A stretch of 64,000 nucleotides of DNA from Epithemia pelagica (Eukaryota; Protista; Bacillariophyta). The notes beneath the pieces were generated by a model. That model searched no databases and was not told the origin of the DNA. It was given only the letters and a program-made list of their open reading frames with translations. A program made the translations under genes and the position numbers. Positions 1 to 10,687 of the stretch are shown in pieces. Positions within the stretch are counted from its first letter, which is position 1. Each line of letters begins with the position of its first letter. The DNA lies in the NCBI GenBank assembly GCA_946965045.2, contig OX337229.1:5518001-5582000 (forward strand), written 5' to 3'.

Positions 1-134
1 TTACCTTTACATAGCTATGTCTATGTTGCAACATGGGAGAAAATTTTCGGTCTTCTCATTTATTTTGAAACTTCGACAATGAATGACAATTTCATTGTCG
101 AATCCACCGTTCTACACACCTAAACCAACAAACG

Positions 135-2723
135 ATGTTGCGACAGCAGGCTCTTGCTACCATGATGACTGATGGAACGTCGCTGGAGTTGAAAGAAAAA
201 TCCAAGGTGCTCAGGAAGAAGAAGCTTGTCTTGCAGTCGCCATTAAGACGACATCTAATTGGTAGAGCTTCCTTGTCGTGGATCATGGCAGTGTTTCTGT
301 ACACGCTTGCAAGTGATTCCAGAATGTGCTGTTCTGCCACGCCTGATAATGAAGGGAACGAGAACACGAGCAAGAAGGAGGTTGGCGACCTTCACAATCA
401 CCCCCACCTACATGATTTGAAATGCTATCGACAGCTGTCATCCGACATCAATCGCGCTGACAGTTTAAAATGCGAGTTCGTAGTGTCAAACTATGGCGAA
501 CGAGCGACAGAAATGTTGTCAAAAAATGGTGAACAAGCGCTAGAAGAATATTGTGACGAGAACAATCTGCTATGCATGCAAGCCAGACTACTGACAATCG
601 GAGATGCCTCTTCAACCGAGACGGCACAACATGATCCCTCCAGCGTGAAAAGTGAAAAATCAAACAGTGCTGAAACGCTAGCCAAATCGGCAACTCAAGG
701 ACAAACAACGGCATCGACATTACAGCACCCGTCATCGTCGTTGTTGCGACAATTGTATGAACCACCTTACAGTCAATACGGAGAGGAAGTGGAAGCTTCT
801 CTCAAAGAGTGGTTGATCTCAGAGGCGATGTTTCAAAATGTACCTGGTGGGGCCAGTGCCATGGATGTGAACGATGACATGTATGTGGTCGCGGAATGGA
901 TGCATAGAATAGGAATGGCACATCGCAATGAAGCTACAAAAATCAGTAGCCGACAGGGGCAACAACAAGAAAACGAACAAGCCCTGAATAACAACAGCAA
1001 TGAGAATTCTTTTCATAAGCAAGTGCAATGGTCTATTCGATCCTTTCGTAAGGCTCTTCAGCACTACGAGGGACTGGCAGTAGACACCGACACTGGAGAC
1101 CCATTGTTTAGGGTATTGAAGCAATTGCATATGGCCATCTGTTGTTATAATCTTGCTGAGTCTCTCACGTTATCGAATGATCCAAAACAAGCAGAGTTGG
1201 ATAAGGATTATTATGTTCAAGCGGATCAACTTTTCTCTAATTGCAAGACTCATCTCATGGAACTTCCGCCGTCGTCGGCGTCCAGCCAAACAAGCTTTCC
1301 ATTATTCTTTTTCGAGGGAGTGGAAACGGGAAATCAGCGATCACTTGATTCTCTGTGGAAGGATGCACTAACTGCGTGGGGCCAAGTGTCTGTTCGCTTG
1401 GGAGTGGCAGAAATGTCATCCTCGGATTCCGCATTCGATTTGCTTGATCTTCCGCTCAGTGGGGATTTCTCGGAGGATGATATAGCAGACTTGCAAACCA
1501 TGACCATGAACCTTTTGCAGACGGGAGGTGACATGGCTGATCTTGATCTTTCGAAGGGAGGCGAGGAATTACAACAAGCGCTGAGTGATCTGGTCAAGAA
1601 CAAGCTGCCGAAATTTCTCGCGTCAAGTGAGCGCGCGGAGTCGTATTTTGAACATGCAGCGAGTCTTTTTCGTCGCATTCTCACCAAGCACCCAGGAGAG
1701 GACGACTATGTGATTCAAATTCAATTGGGAAACGCGTTGCAAAATCTGGGGACAACATCAATTTCCAAAGGTGATTCGGAAACAGGCATTAGGCGCTTGG
1801 AAGAAACGTTAGAAATCCAACAAACGGCATTAACAAATATTCCATCGAACCCGAATGAAAGGGATGGATTCGATGATAACGATCTGAAACAGGCTATTGG
1901 CGAAACTTTGTATAGCCTGGCACAATCTTACTTGGATAAGGGAGATTACGATAGCTCGCATACGATGTACAATCGTGCGATGGAGTGGTTTGGGAAACAT
2001 GAGCTTGATCCTGTTGAAGTGGAAGCTTCGGTGTCTGTGACTGGTGATGGTATCGGTGTGGAAGGATATGATGAGACCTATGCCCAGTCCATCCAGGAAT
2101 TTGAGCGAGCTCTTGAAGAGTATCAGGAAATGTTTTCTGCAGGAGGCGTTGGCGTCAATAATGACAACTTCGATGATAGCGGCGCCTACTATCAACAGGA
2201 TGATGGATACGAAGCTGATTTGCACAATGGGCTAGGTGCCCTGTATATGGCGACTGGTGACCTCATGGAGGCAATGGTTCACATTACACAAGCGGTCCAG
2301 TTGTACAGTCGAAGTGGGGAACAAGGAGAACGACACTTTGCGGACTTGAAACTAAGTCAAGCGCTGTTGTTTTTTCGGCAAGGCCAATTCCAGGAAAGTG
2401 CCAGCGCTCATAATGAGGCCCTGCAAATGTACCGTAAAATGTCGGGCGATGGTGAATCTCCGTTCAAAGAGAGTGGAATCCTCGATCTACAGTCGTTGAT
2501 GAAAGAGGCTCAGCGCGCTGCGGACGACCAATTCACACAAGACACAACTTCCAACCAAGCAGCTGATGAAAACAATGATAGTGGCACACATAAAGATGAG
2601 ATCGAGGTAACAGCCGATGGTACGGACCGTCTTCGGATGAACATCCGACCTCTGATTGTTCCCGAAGGATCCTTCAACGAAACAGAGATGGACGTCACTG
2701 TGCCAGTTGTAGGTGCAGAATGA
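135..2723 (+). CDS. TPR-like repeat protein (862 aa)
   Basis: Long uninterrupted ORF. C-terminal half has TPR-like helical pairs (LGNALQNLGTTSISKGDSETGIRRLEETLEIQ; LYSLAQSYLDKGDYDSSHTMYNRAMEWF; LHNGLGALYMATGDLMEAMVHITQAVQLY). True start uncertain. Confidence 0.75.
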   Translation: MLRQQALATMMTDGTSLELKEKSKVLRKKKLVLQSPLRRHLIGRASLSWIMAVFLYTLASDSRMCCSATPDNEGNENTSKKEVGDLHNHPHLHDLKCYRQLSSDINRADSLKCEFVVSNYGERATEMLSKNGEQALEEYCDENNLLCMQARLLTIGDASSTETAQHDPSSVKSEKSNSAETLAKSATQGQTTASTLQHPSSSLLRQLYEPPYSQYGEEVEASLKEWLISEAMFQNVPGGASAMDVNDDMYVVAEWMHRIGMAHRNEATKISSRQGQQQENEQALNNNSNENSFHKQVQWSIRSFRKALQHYEGLAVDTDTGDPLFRVLKQLHMAICCYNLAESLTLSNDPKQAELDKDYYVQADQLFSNCKTHLMELPPSSASSQTSFPLFFFEGVETGNQRSLDSLWKDALTAWGQVSVRLGVAEMSSSDSAFDLLDLPLSGDFSEDDIADLQTMTMNLLQTGGDMADLDLSKGGEELQQALSDLVKNKLPKFLASSERAESYFEHAASLFRRILTKHPGEDDYVIQIQLGNALQNLGTTSISKGDSETGIRRLEETLEIQQTALTNIPSNPNERDGFDDNDLKQAIGETLYSLAQSYLDKGDYDSSHTMYNRAMEWFGKHELDPVEVEASVSVTGDGIGVEGYDETYAQSIQEFERALEEYQEMFSAGGVGVNNDNFDDSGAYYQQDDGYEADLHNGLGALYMATGDLMEAMVHITQAVQLYSRSGEQGERHFADLKLSQALLFFRQGQFQESASAHNEALQMYRKMSGDGESPFKESGILDLQSLMKEAQRAADDQFTQDTTSNQAADENNDSGTHKDEIEVTADGTDRLRMNIRPLIVPEGSFNETEMDVTVPVVGAE

Positions 2724-3073
2724 AGTAACCGTAAAACGAACAGATCAACCGACCCCGAAAGCGTCCTGTTGTCGCATGGAACAAAAAAGGCATCCCAAGA
2801 CATGTTGCCGAAAACAGTTATGAGAAGTGAAACATAAAAGGCAAACGCTTCAAAACAAGAGCACGTGAGTCACTTTCGACATGGACCATGTGGTACGGGA
2901 ACATTGTCCACCATAGCATGTGTGTGTGTAAAAGGCGATATGGGCTACCATGACTTCCTTTTACTTACCAACAAGATGCGCCATGGGAGCGACAAATATC
3001 GCAACGCTATTACCCTTTCTACTGTGAGGTAAGAGATGGAGTTGATAACAAAGTTTCCCTCAAAACTATTTAC

Positions 3074-4901
3074 TTAGGTTTGGACAGGGAGAGAAGAGCG
3101 CTTGTACTTTTCTCGAACCCAAGCATCAAACATAACCATCTTGTTATCATTTGCGATCGTTTTGTCGGTCGATAAGATCTTTTCTAGTCTTTCGGGCAAG
3201 AGAGACCATTCTCGAACGTTACTCAAACTACCAGAGTCTGGTATTCCGGCACCAGCCAGCAAGTGCTGCGCTTCATCCGACCCGTGAACACTCACAAAAC
3301 CAGAAAGCCACGGGCGAATGTTGTCGTCCGTGAAGTCGCCATTGGTCGTTGCTTTGTACTCCCACTGTTCTCGGCTGCGTTCTCCTCCTTTTCTCGCATC
3401 TCGTGTTCGAGAGGAATAGGAGTCCCATGACCTGTATCATTATCAGCATATTCGTCAGTGTAAGAGAATATGAAGGAGGGTCGGTACAGTATCCTTTTCC
3501 AAACCAAAACAGATTCCTCTTACCCAAGATAGTGGTTGATCCGCAGCCCCGAATTCCAATCATTATGCCATGGCGCCGAGCAAATCTTTTTAATCGGTCT
3601 ATGCAGAGACTGAAAATACGGGGCCCGCTGAATGTTAATGCGACTGACGTCCATCATTACTTTGCCCAAAGCATTTTTGACAAAGTCGTTGCGTGGAGCA
3701 TGTTTCCGCCATCTCAACGTGTCAAACAACGCTGGATTAAACCCACTAGGTACTTGTTTGAATGTTTCATCATGTGTGGACTCCTCTGCTCCAAACTGGA
3801 GCCGGGGGATCCCAATACATGGCGATTGGTAGTATTCAAGGCCTGCTTCTTGTTCCGCCCGAATATACTCAATCATGCCGCCCTCTTTGGCCGTGGTGGG
3901 CGGTATGTGAGCTGGTTGGATCCTTTCCGCATCTGGTGGGTGCAAAGAAAGATCGTGTTGCCGCTGCATTTCATTTTCCCATGATTCAAAAGAATCGCCA
4001 CCGGCGTGGTTGTATACAAGAAATTCATCTGTATCGTGCAAGGTGACCCACGTCCGATTTGCCTGTTTCAACGCCAACATACATGATCGATAGAAATACT
4101 TTTGTCGGCCTCTATGTCGATCGCGCTTCGTCTGTTTAAGTCGTTCATGACACAGATTGTGAGACTGACGTCCCCTGTCACACGACTACGAGTCCGTGAT
4201 GTACTTACTTGTAAATCAGCATCTTCGGGAATCGGTTTCAAATCAAACTCCTCTGATTTACTTGATCGAGGTTTCCAAAAAGTCTTATCCTCCCACTCCA
4301 CAATGACCATGCCTTTCCGACGCCATTGGTTGAATAGGTAGGTTGGAGATGATTCGCTCCGTGGATCGACAGCGACGATAATGTATCTCAACGGCAAGAC
4401 ATGATAGTGATATGCAAGCCACTCGACAAGACGATGATTATCATCCATTACCAACAAGCAAGCCGAAAACGTCTTATTTCCATCCGAGGGCGGAGGATTA
4501 GGAATTGAATGTTCATTCTTGGTGCTGTACCCAAACGAATGCTCTTGTCGTATGTCCGTTTGTCCGAATGACTTATGCTCTGGGTGTAACTCTTGCTCTG
4601 GGTGTACTTCAACCTGTCTGGTGTAGCCCTTCATGGCCTGTTGGATAGGATTTATCTGTTCAAAACTACCAAGGGTAGTGTCATGAAAAGATTCCACAAC
4701 AAACAAAATCGTTGTTGTTACAGCAGATGCCAGGAGAGACGCAATCAATAGGCGCAACTGACGGCGTCCAGGAGGACATGATGCAACAAGAGCCGTTCGA
4801 TCACCGTGGACACTGCCAATTTTTCGTCGTCCAGATAATTTCATGGACTTGAATTGTGACTCTTTGGTGGAACCAACTCTTCTTTCGTTGGATTCTAGCA
4901 T
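3074..4901 (-). CDS. GT-A-fold glycosyltransferase-like type II membrane protein (GT92/GT2-like), 3 exons, 552 aa
   Basis: Exons 4901-4209, 4131-3524, 3431-3074 with GTAAG/CAG introns of 77 and 92 bp; total 1659 nt, in frame. N-terminal TM anchor, SACLLVMDDNHRLVEWLAYH, DxD motif in HDTDEFL, and INHYLGSW motif. Confidence 0.8.
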
Positions 4902-5795
4902 GGAGTTCTCGTGATAGTGGGATGTACGAGCAACTCAATGGTCGGGGTGACAAATCTGATTTAGAGAGGAAACATGAAAATGAACGCGACTAGACCAAGA
5001 TCAAACTCACTGGATCATGTACATAGGTAGATCAGGACTAAAATAGTCCTATTATAGGGGTGGAGTGTGTATGTACTCGTAAGTTGTATTGACATGATGC
5101 GTTGGATTGGATGCCTTGTCCGTTGGATCGTCCGCTCGTGCGTGGGGCGGTCAGTCCAGGACGCACAGAGCGTTGGCTGCCCACAAATTGTTTTTTGTGC
5201 ATGGAGTTGACTGGCCCACTCCCAATGCACCTTTCTCTCACCACAAAATCCAGTTTCTTACACAACAAGTTCTTCTTTGTTTCCCGATCGATCAGACGCA
5301 AAACGAAATCAAGACATTGCACCTTCCTGCAGGCTGTACTCCACGGCAATATGTTTCTCGAAGGCGGGTACGTCCAAGAATGCCAAGGTCACGAATAAAT
5401 TGCGTGTTGAAACCATATCAATAGCCGCTCGACACGTCCCATAAACTTATTTTGACATTTTTGCCGCCACGTAGTCTCTTCCCCAACTCTTTTCCAACTC
5501 TTTTGTTCCATGGGTAATCCGGACGCGTTGTTGTCAAGATGGTAGATAGGATTCAGTTAGGAGTCCCTTCCTGTAGGAATCACGATGGAATCTGCAGAAT
5601 TGTCTTGACAAAGCTTCTCCTGCTGTGAAATTGCCTTAAAAGCTTGTTCCGTCTCGGATTGCACTACTAATCGATTATCTACGTAAGCTAGCCTTTCTCG
5701 TACTAGGTCTCGTCAATGTCCCAAAAGGCTAGGTCGTTAGTCCAAACATCATTCCACCAAGATTTAGGGGAGGCGACATTCTCGTAGGTCAAAAT

Positions 5796-7035
5796 TCAGT
5801 TCTGGTAGTCACCATCATGACTCATCTCATCCTCATCCACATCCACCTCTTGGACATCGGAGTCATCAGAATCATTGTAAGGGGCGATGGTCCGTGCCGT
5901 GCCTTGGTTTGCACGCTTTCGTTCCGGTTGCTTGGCGGCCTTGAGGAGTATCGAGAAAACAAACATCTTGGCAGCACCCCTGTGCTCCTTGGTGAAGTCT
6001 TTGTGCTTCGAAGTGAAGGCTTGTAGTTCGTATTGCATATCTTCCTTCACACACTTGAAAGGCAACTTGATTTTCTGCTTCGCTACAAACTTTGGTTTGC
6101 CACCCTCATACGTTGCATGTTCCTGTTTGGCCCGGTCACAGAGTTGCTTGAACTCTGTGACCCTATGGTCCTCTTGCCCAAGATCAGGATGCGCCGCCAA
6201 CAGTCGACCTTTCTGGAAGAAATAGTTTGGCACAACAGAATCGACCTGGACTGCCATGCCATCATCCACCAGCCCCGGAGTGTAGGTCTTCGTGGACCCT
6301 CCTGGGACACACATGTCCACAGAACAGAACAGAGTATTAGAACTCTCAAACTTAGATGCACAGTAGGGATATGAAGCCGCTACTACCAGTTCCTTGAAAG
6401 CAGCACCACCACCACCCTTCTTAGGTGTCTTGGCCGGGGTGAGGCCCATCTTTTTGAACGCTTGAACCGCCTCCTCCATGCTGAAGCTGTTGATTTCGCT
6501 GTTGTTGTCTTCTACCTCTTCTTCTGCTGCACCAGATTCAACTGACGCCTCTTCAAGATCAATGGAGATGTCCTCCTCCTCCTCAGCCCCACTGTAGTCT
6601 CCGTCTTCAACTTCCTCGGCTTCGTCCTCGACAAGGTTGTTGACCTCTAGGCGATTTTGCTCTTCAGCAGCAACGGCTGATTCTATAACAAAAGAAAGAA
6701 AGTAGTTAGAATCATGAAGCAACTTTCAACAATGGACACTTGCACTTACGTCGTTTACCAGCTCGGGCTTTCCGTGCCCCTGTCAAAGTCTGGTTAATAT
6801 TCCAGGCTCTGGCTTTTTCGCGAAAGAGAGGGCCGAAATTCTTGTATGCCTTGTGGACGTCGGGCTTGCAGCGCTCGGGAAAGTGAGTGAGAAGGACTTT
6901 CTTCGCAGTGTTAACGGACGTGTCGTTGCTTGAAATTCCACCGTGGCTTGGACCCTTGCGAAAGAGTTCAGCGAGCTTGGCGTCGTCTTTCTTACTCCAA
7001 GCAGGTACTCTGTCGGTCGGTAGCACCACTTTCAT
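5796..7035 (-). CDS. Transposon accessory protein (N-terminal Myb/SANT-like helix bundle, acidic linker, unknown C-terminal domain), 2 exons, ~390 aa
   Basis: ATG at 7035, exon 7035-6750, GTAAGT...TAG intron 6749-6683, exon 6682-5796; 1173 nt in frame. WSKKDDAKLAELFRKG resembles Myb helix 1. Lies inside the element TIRs, divergent from the transposase. Confidence 0.7.
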
Positions 7036-7227
7036 TTCATTGAGACAAAATTTATGATGGCAAGAGATTGCGAGACAACAACGTGAAGTTCTTCTTCTGA
7101 GCACTCCGTTGTGTTTGTGTGACTGGCATGCTTGCAATCAGAAACGAGTTGACTTTCCCTCTCGCAGTCACACGGCATTGCAAGCAGGCGCGGTAACTGA
7201 AAAAAATAATTGGTCCGTTCAACGGAA

Positions 7228-8590
7228 CCCTCGGTATCAGTGTCCACTGCTTAGCTGTTTTTTGTCTGTGCCACCTTCATAGGTTCCCAAGTGGACACAG
7301 ACAGAAAATTTCACTTTTCGTCTGTCCTTTTCACCAATATGGTTCCTCGTGCTGGTGGAACTGCCGGCGTGCAAGTGACAGTTGGCGGTTAGCATCTTCC
7401 TCTTCCTGTGACCGTGACCACGATTCAAATTTGGAATCCTTTCACACGACTCTCGTCTCGTCACAAAAATCTCACGCGGTGTCAAAAACATCGACATTGA
7501 CCATGAAACGAGCTCTTTCCGAATCCTTGCGACCTGAAGCAGTATTTTGGTTTTTCTCTCTTGTTGCTTGTTGTTTTTCTCTTAGCTTCTTTCATGTCCT
7601 GCATAGTTTTCTCACACGTTATCTCATTAATCTTTGTCCCTGTTAATGTTGATGCTTGGTGCTCCTTTGATTTTGTCGCAATGAAATGGAGGACAAGTCA
7701 TTGTAGGCCGTTTGCCACAACTTCTCCTTGCTTTAATCGTAGTGCTGTTTGATTGTTGGTTGGTTGTGTTCTTATTTTTGTAGCATGTTTTTTTACTCTC
7801 ATCATTGTGCTTCGCCCATCTCCATGTCGACCACAGATCAAGAACCTTTCGTTGTGTGTCGGATACTCAAGTACCTAGACCTAGAGATGACGACAAACTG
7901 AGGCAGCTTGTTGCCACTAGGCCTACTCAAACTAGTCTTCATAGATCACAGAGTCGATCAGATATGCTTCAAGATGGCCTCAAACCTACACCAGAGTGTC
8001 ATGGTTGTTGAAAGCACGGCAATAACACGCACGATCTTACAAAATCTATGAAAGATTAGAACTAAACTTCTGATAGAAACTCCTAAAATACTCCTACAAA
8101 GAATAAAGCTCTATGTGGTCTCCAATTTTAAGCCGAGGCTCGAATGGAGAATTGGCATTCCATAGGCACAAACATTCACTCTCAATGAAGTGGACAGAGA
8201 GAGAGACAGTTGTCGAATGTTGAATATCAGAAGAGAAAAACGAATACAAGTGTGAGGGAGAAGTTAGAATGACAGTACAAGAACTGTTGTTGTCATGGAA
8301 ACATTTTTGTACGTTCAAACTTACCTCAATTGCATGGGTGATGGCCTCTGTATGATTTTATGGGGGATTTGGATGGCGCATTCCAACCAACCGTCATCCA
8401 CGCAGGGCCGCTTGCTGGGCATGCGTCTGATTCATGAACTGCGAAAACTCCAGCTGTGTATGCGTGCCAATTTGCAATTTAGTCATTTCCATTTGCGTCA
8501 AAAAGGAAATTTTCTGTCTGTGTCCACTTGGGAACCTATGAAGGTGGCACAGACAAAAAACAGCTAAGCAGTGGACACTGATACCGAGGG
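7228..8590. mobile_element. Non-autonomous TIR element (MITE-like, CCC termini, 2-bp AA TSD; CMC/CACTA-like), 1363 bp
   Basis: Perfect 85-bp inverted repeats at 7228-7312 and 8506-8590 (CCCTCGGTATCAGTGTCCACT...). Flanks are GGAA| and |AATT, so removal restores CGGAATTCCGAGATC, the first unit of the adjacent array. No credible internal ORF. Confidence 0.88.
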
Positions 8591-8790
8591 AATTCCGAGA
8601 TCTGGCCCGAATTCCGAGATCGACCCGAATTCCGAGATCTGGCCCGAATTCCGAGATCGACCCGAATACCGACAAAAGTATACTTTATTTCAGAGTAAAA
8701 ACCCGAATTCCGAGATCTGGCCCGAATTCCGAGATCGACCCGAATTCCGAGATCGACCCGAATTCCGAGATCGACCCGAATTCCGAGATC
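8591..8790. repeat. 18/19-bp tandem array (CCCGAATTCCGAGATC+GA/TGG) in two blocks
   Basis: AATTCCGAGATC starts at 8591, 8610, 8628, 8647, 8706, 8725, 8743, 8761 and 8779, with a degenerate copy at 8665. The spacer holds the 12-bp palindrome AAAGTATACTTT (8675-8686). Confidence 0.95.
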
Positions 8791-9164
8791 GGGACCAGAT
8801 TTCTGACATCAGGACCAAAATTAATTATTGACACGTGCCATCCAACTGACCGGCCCGCTTTCTTACGCTTAATCGGTTGTTTGTCTAATCTGTAATGGAC
8901 ATGTACGTGCTAAGTCAATATGACAGGTCTAGAGAGTGGTGTTATATTGGTCACGAATGAATAGTCATCTGCCTATGTAACACTATCAACGAAATCAACA
9001 TGGATCCGTTCAAATTTTTCGGTGGGGAACGGTCCCTAATCCACAGTTGTAGTCCCTAGTAAAAGTAGAAAGGAGAAATCGATGCTCGCGTGAATCGTGA
9101 AAGGTACGATTTCTACCTAAAAGTCGTGTCTCGTCCTCAAGATTTCTCACAAAAACTGTCCATC

Positions 9165-10163
9165 ATGGCTCCGTCGAATGCCGAGGGGAACAAGCGGCAA
9201 CGCTGGTCTGCCCCAAACCCTGAAGACTTTTTGTACTATGCCCAGTTGATCTGGAGCAACGATTCCCTTTTGTTCCGCCGTAAAAAGGGGACCGTCCAAA
9301 GTGAGGAGCGGATGTTTCGGCAGTATTTTGGGTGTGGCATTCTTGTTTGCTTGAATTTGTGGTGCGCTCTTGTGGAGTCTGACTCGGTGCCTGTGTCAGG
9401 AACAATGTCCCATCTTCTTTGGACACTCATGTTCCTTCGGGTGTATGCAAAGGAACGAGTATTGTGCACTCTTGCTGGTGGTGTCAACAGGAACACGTTC
9501 TCGAAATGGACATGGCTCTTCATTGATGCCATTGTCCGCCTTGAAAGTCACGTGGTAAGTCTCCCTACAGTGGTTTTTGTTTGTTTTTGTTTCATTGTCT
9601 AACATTCCAAGAATGCTTTACAGATAGTGTGGGAAAACCGCTATAAGCTAGACAAAGGAAATGACTGCCTCATTAGTGTTGATGGGACAGACTTTCGGGT
9701 GGCTGAGAACGGACGCAAGTTCTACAGCCACAAATTCAAGAAAAGTGCCCTCAGATATGAAATTGGGCTGTGTATTTTGACGGGGGATGTCGTGTGGTTG
9801 AATGGGCCCTACGTTGCTGGCAGCCACAACGACATCACAATTTTCCGTGACTGTCTTCTGTCACACCTCGACCCCAATGAGAGGGTCGAGGCTGATGATG
9901 GCTACCGTGGCGAACATCCTGAGTTTGTCAAGTGCCCAGCTGGATTCAGCAATCCAGCAGACAATCTGAAAATGCAACAACGAGTCCGAAGCCGACAAGA
10001 AACCATCAACAAACGGTTCAAGGACTGGGGTTGTCTGCGTCAAACGTGGCGGCATGACATTGCGTCCCATGGCCGTGCTTTCCGTGTCATCCTTATCGTC
10101 TCGCAACTTGCCATCAACAATGGAGAGAAACTCTTCTCCGTTGACTACACAGATCCATCCTAG
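9165..10163 (+). CDS. Harbinger/PHIS-type DDE transposase (DDE_Tnp_4-like), 2 exons, 309 aa
   Basis: Exons 9165-9554 and 9624-10163, intron GTAAGT...TACAG (69 bp). Catalytic motifs SVDGTDF, EADDGY and RQETINKRFK, plus YSHKFKKSALRYE. Confidence 0.88.
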
Positions 10164-10687
10164 TCGTCCACAGATCCATAGTCCATAGTCGTAACAGATA
10201 CTAGTGAAATTAGCCATTGTCGAAATTCGGGTTTTAGCTATGGACTGTCAACACTATCTGCTTCAAGGCAATGATTAACTAGGATAGGTTGTGTTATGAC
10301 TACTAGCCAGACTTCTCGTTCGGACTCGACAGGTTATTGGCCGATCTCTTGGCAGCCTCTCGTCCGAGACGGAACCAGCTTTTAAGGCAATTTTTGTGTC
10401 TTGGTTAGGAGCACCACACACAACAGAGATACGAGATACGAGTACGAGATACTGCATCGCCGTTGTGGCGCGGTGTGGCGTAACGCGCGTAACCGCTTCT
10501 CGACGCGGTAAAGGCAGTCGCCGAGTTTGATCAGGGGATGATAATATTATAGAATGGTTCAAAATTCAAACAGGAATTTTATCCTACATTATAGCTAATT
10601 CTACGAAAAGACATATAACGGTCCTTTACCGGAAAGACATTACTACCACACGGTAATTGTAGATTGTCCTTAGATGGAATCAAAGTA

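Larger units (their letters stand above)
5631..10390. mobile_element. PIF/Harbinger (PHIS-superfamily) DNA transposon, two divergent genes, ~4.76 kb including a nested insertion
   Basis: Inverted repeats 5628-5658 (AAATTGCCTTAAAAGCTTGTTCCGTCTCGGA) and 10363-10393 (TCCGAGACGGAACCAGCTTTTAAGGCAATTT), 30/31 identical. They enclose a DDE_Tnp_4-type transposase and a Myb-like ORF. Reconstructed empty site is GTGAAATTTTTGTG; exact ends are ambiguous by 2 bp. Confidence 0.88.

Noticed and set aside
3349-3984. 211-aa plus-strand ORF
   Set aside because: Antisense to exons 2-3 of the glycosyltransferase.
5034-5050. Hairpin AGGACTA-AAA-TAGTCCT
   Set aside because: An isolated 7-bp stem outside the element ends, with no partner or associated feature.
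8591-8790. CRISPR array or cloning-vector polylinker (EcoRI/BglII sites)
   Set aside because: The units are directly tandem with no unique spacers and no cas genes are present. The array is continuous with the sequence left of the MITE (CGGAA+TTCCGAGATC), so it is native to the element.
10420-10520. GAGATAC microrepeat and GC-rich stems as a tRNA or element end
   Set aside because: No cloverleaf or A/B boxes, and no matching inverted partner found.
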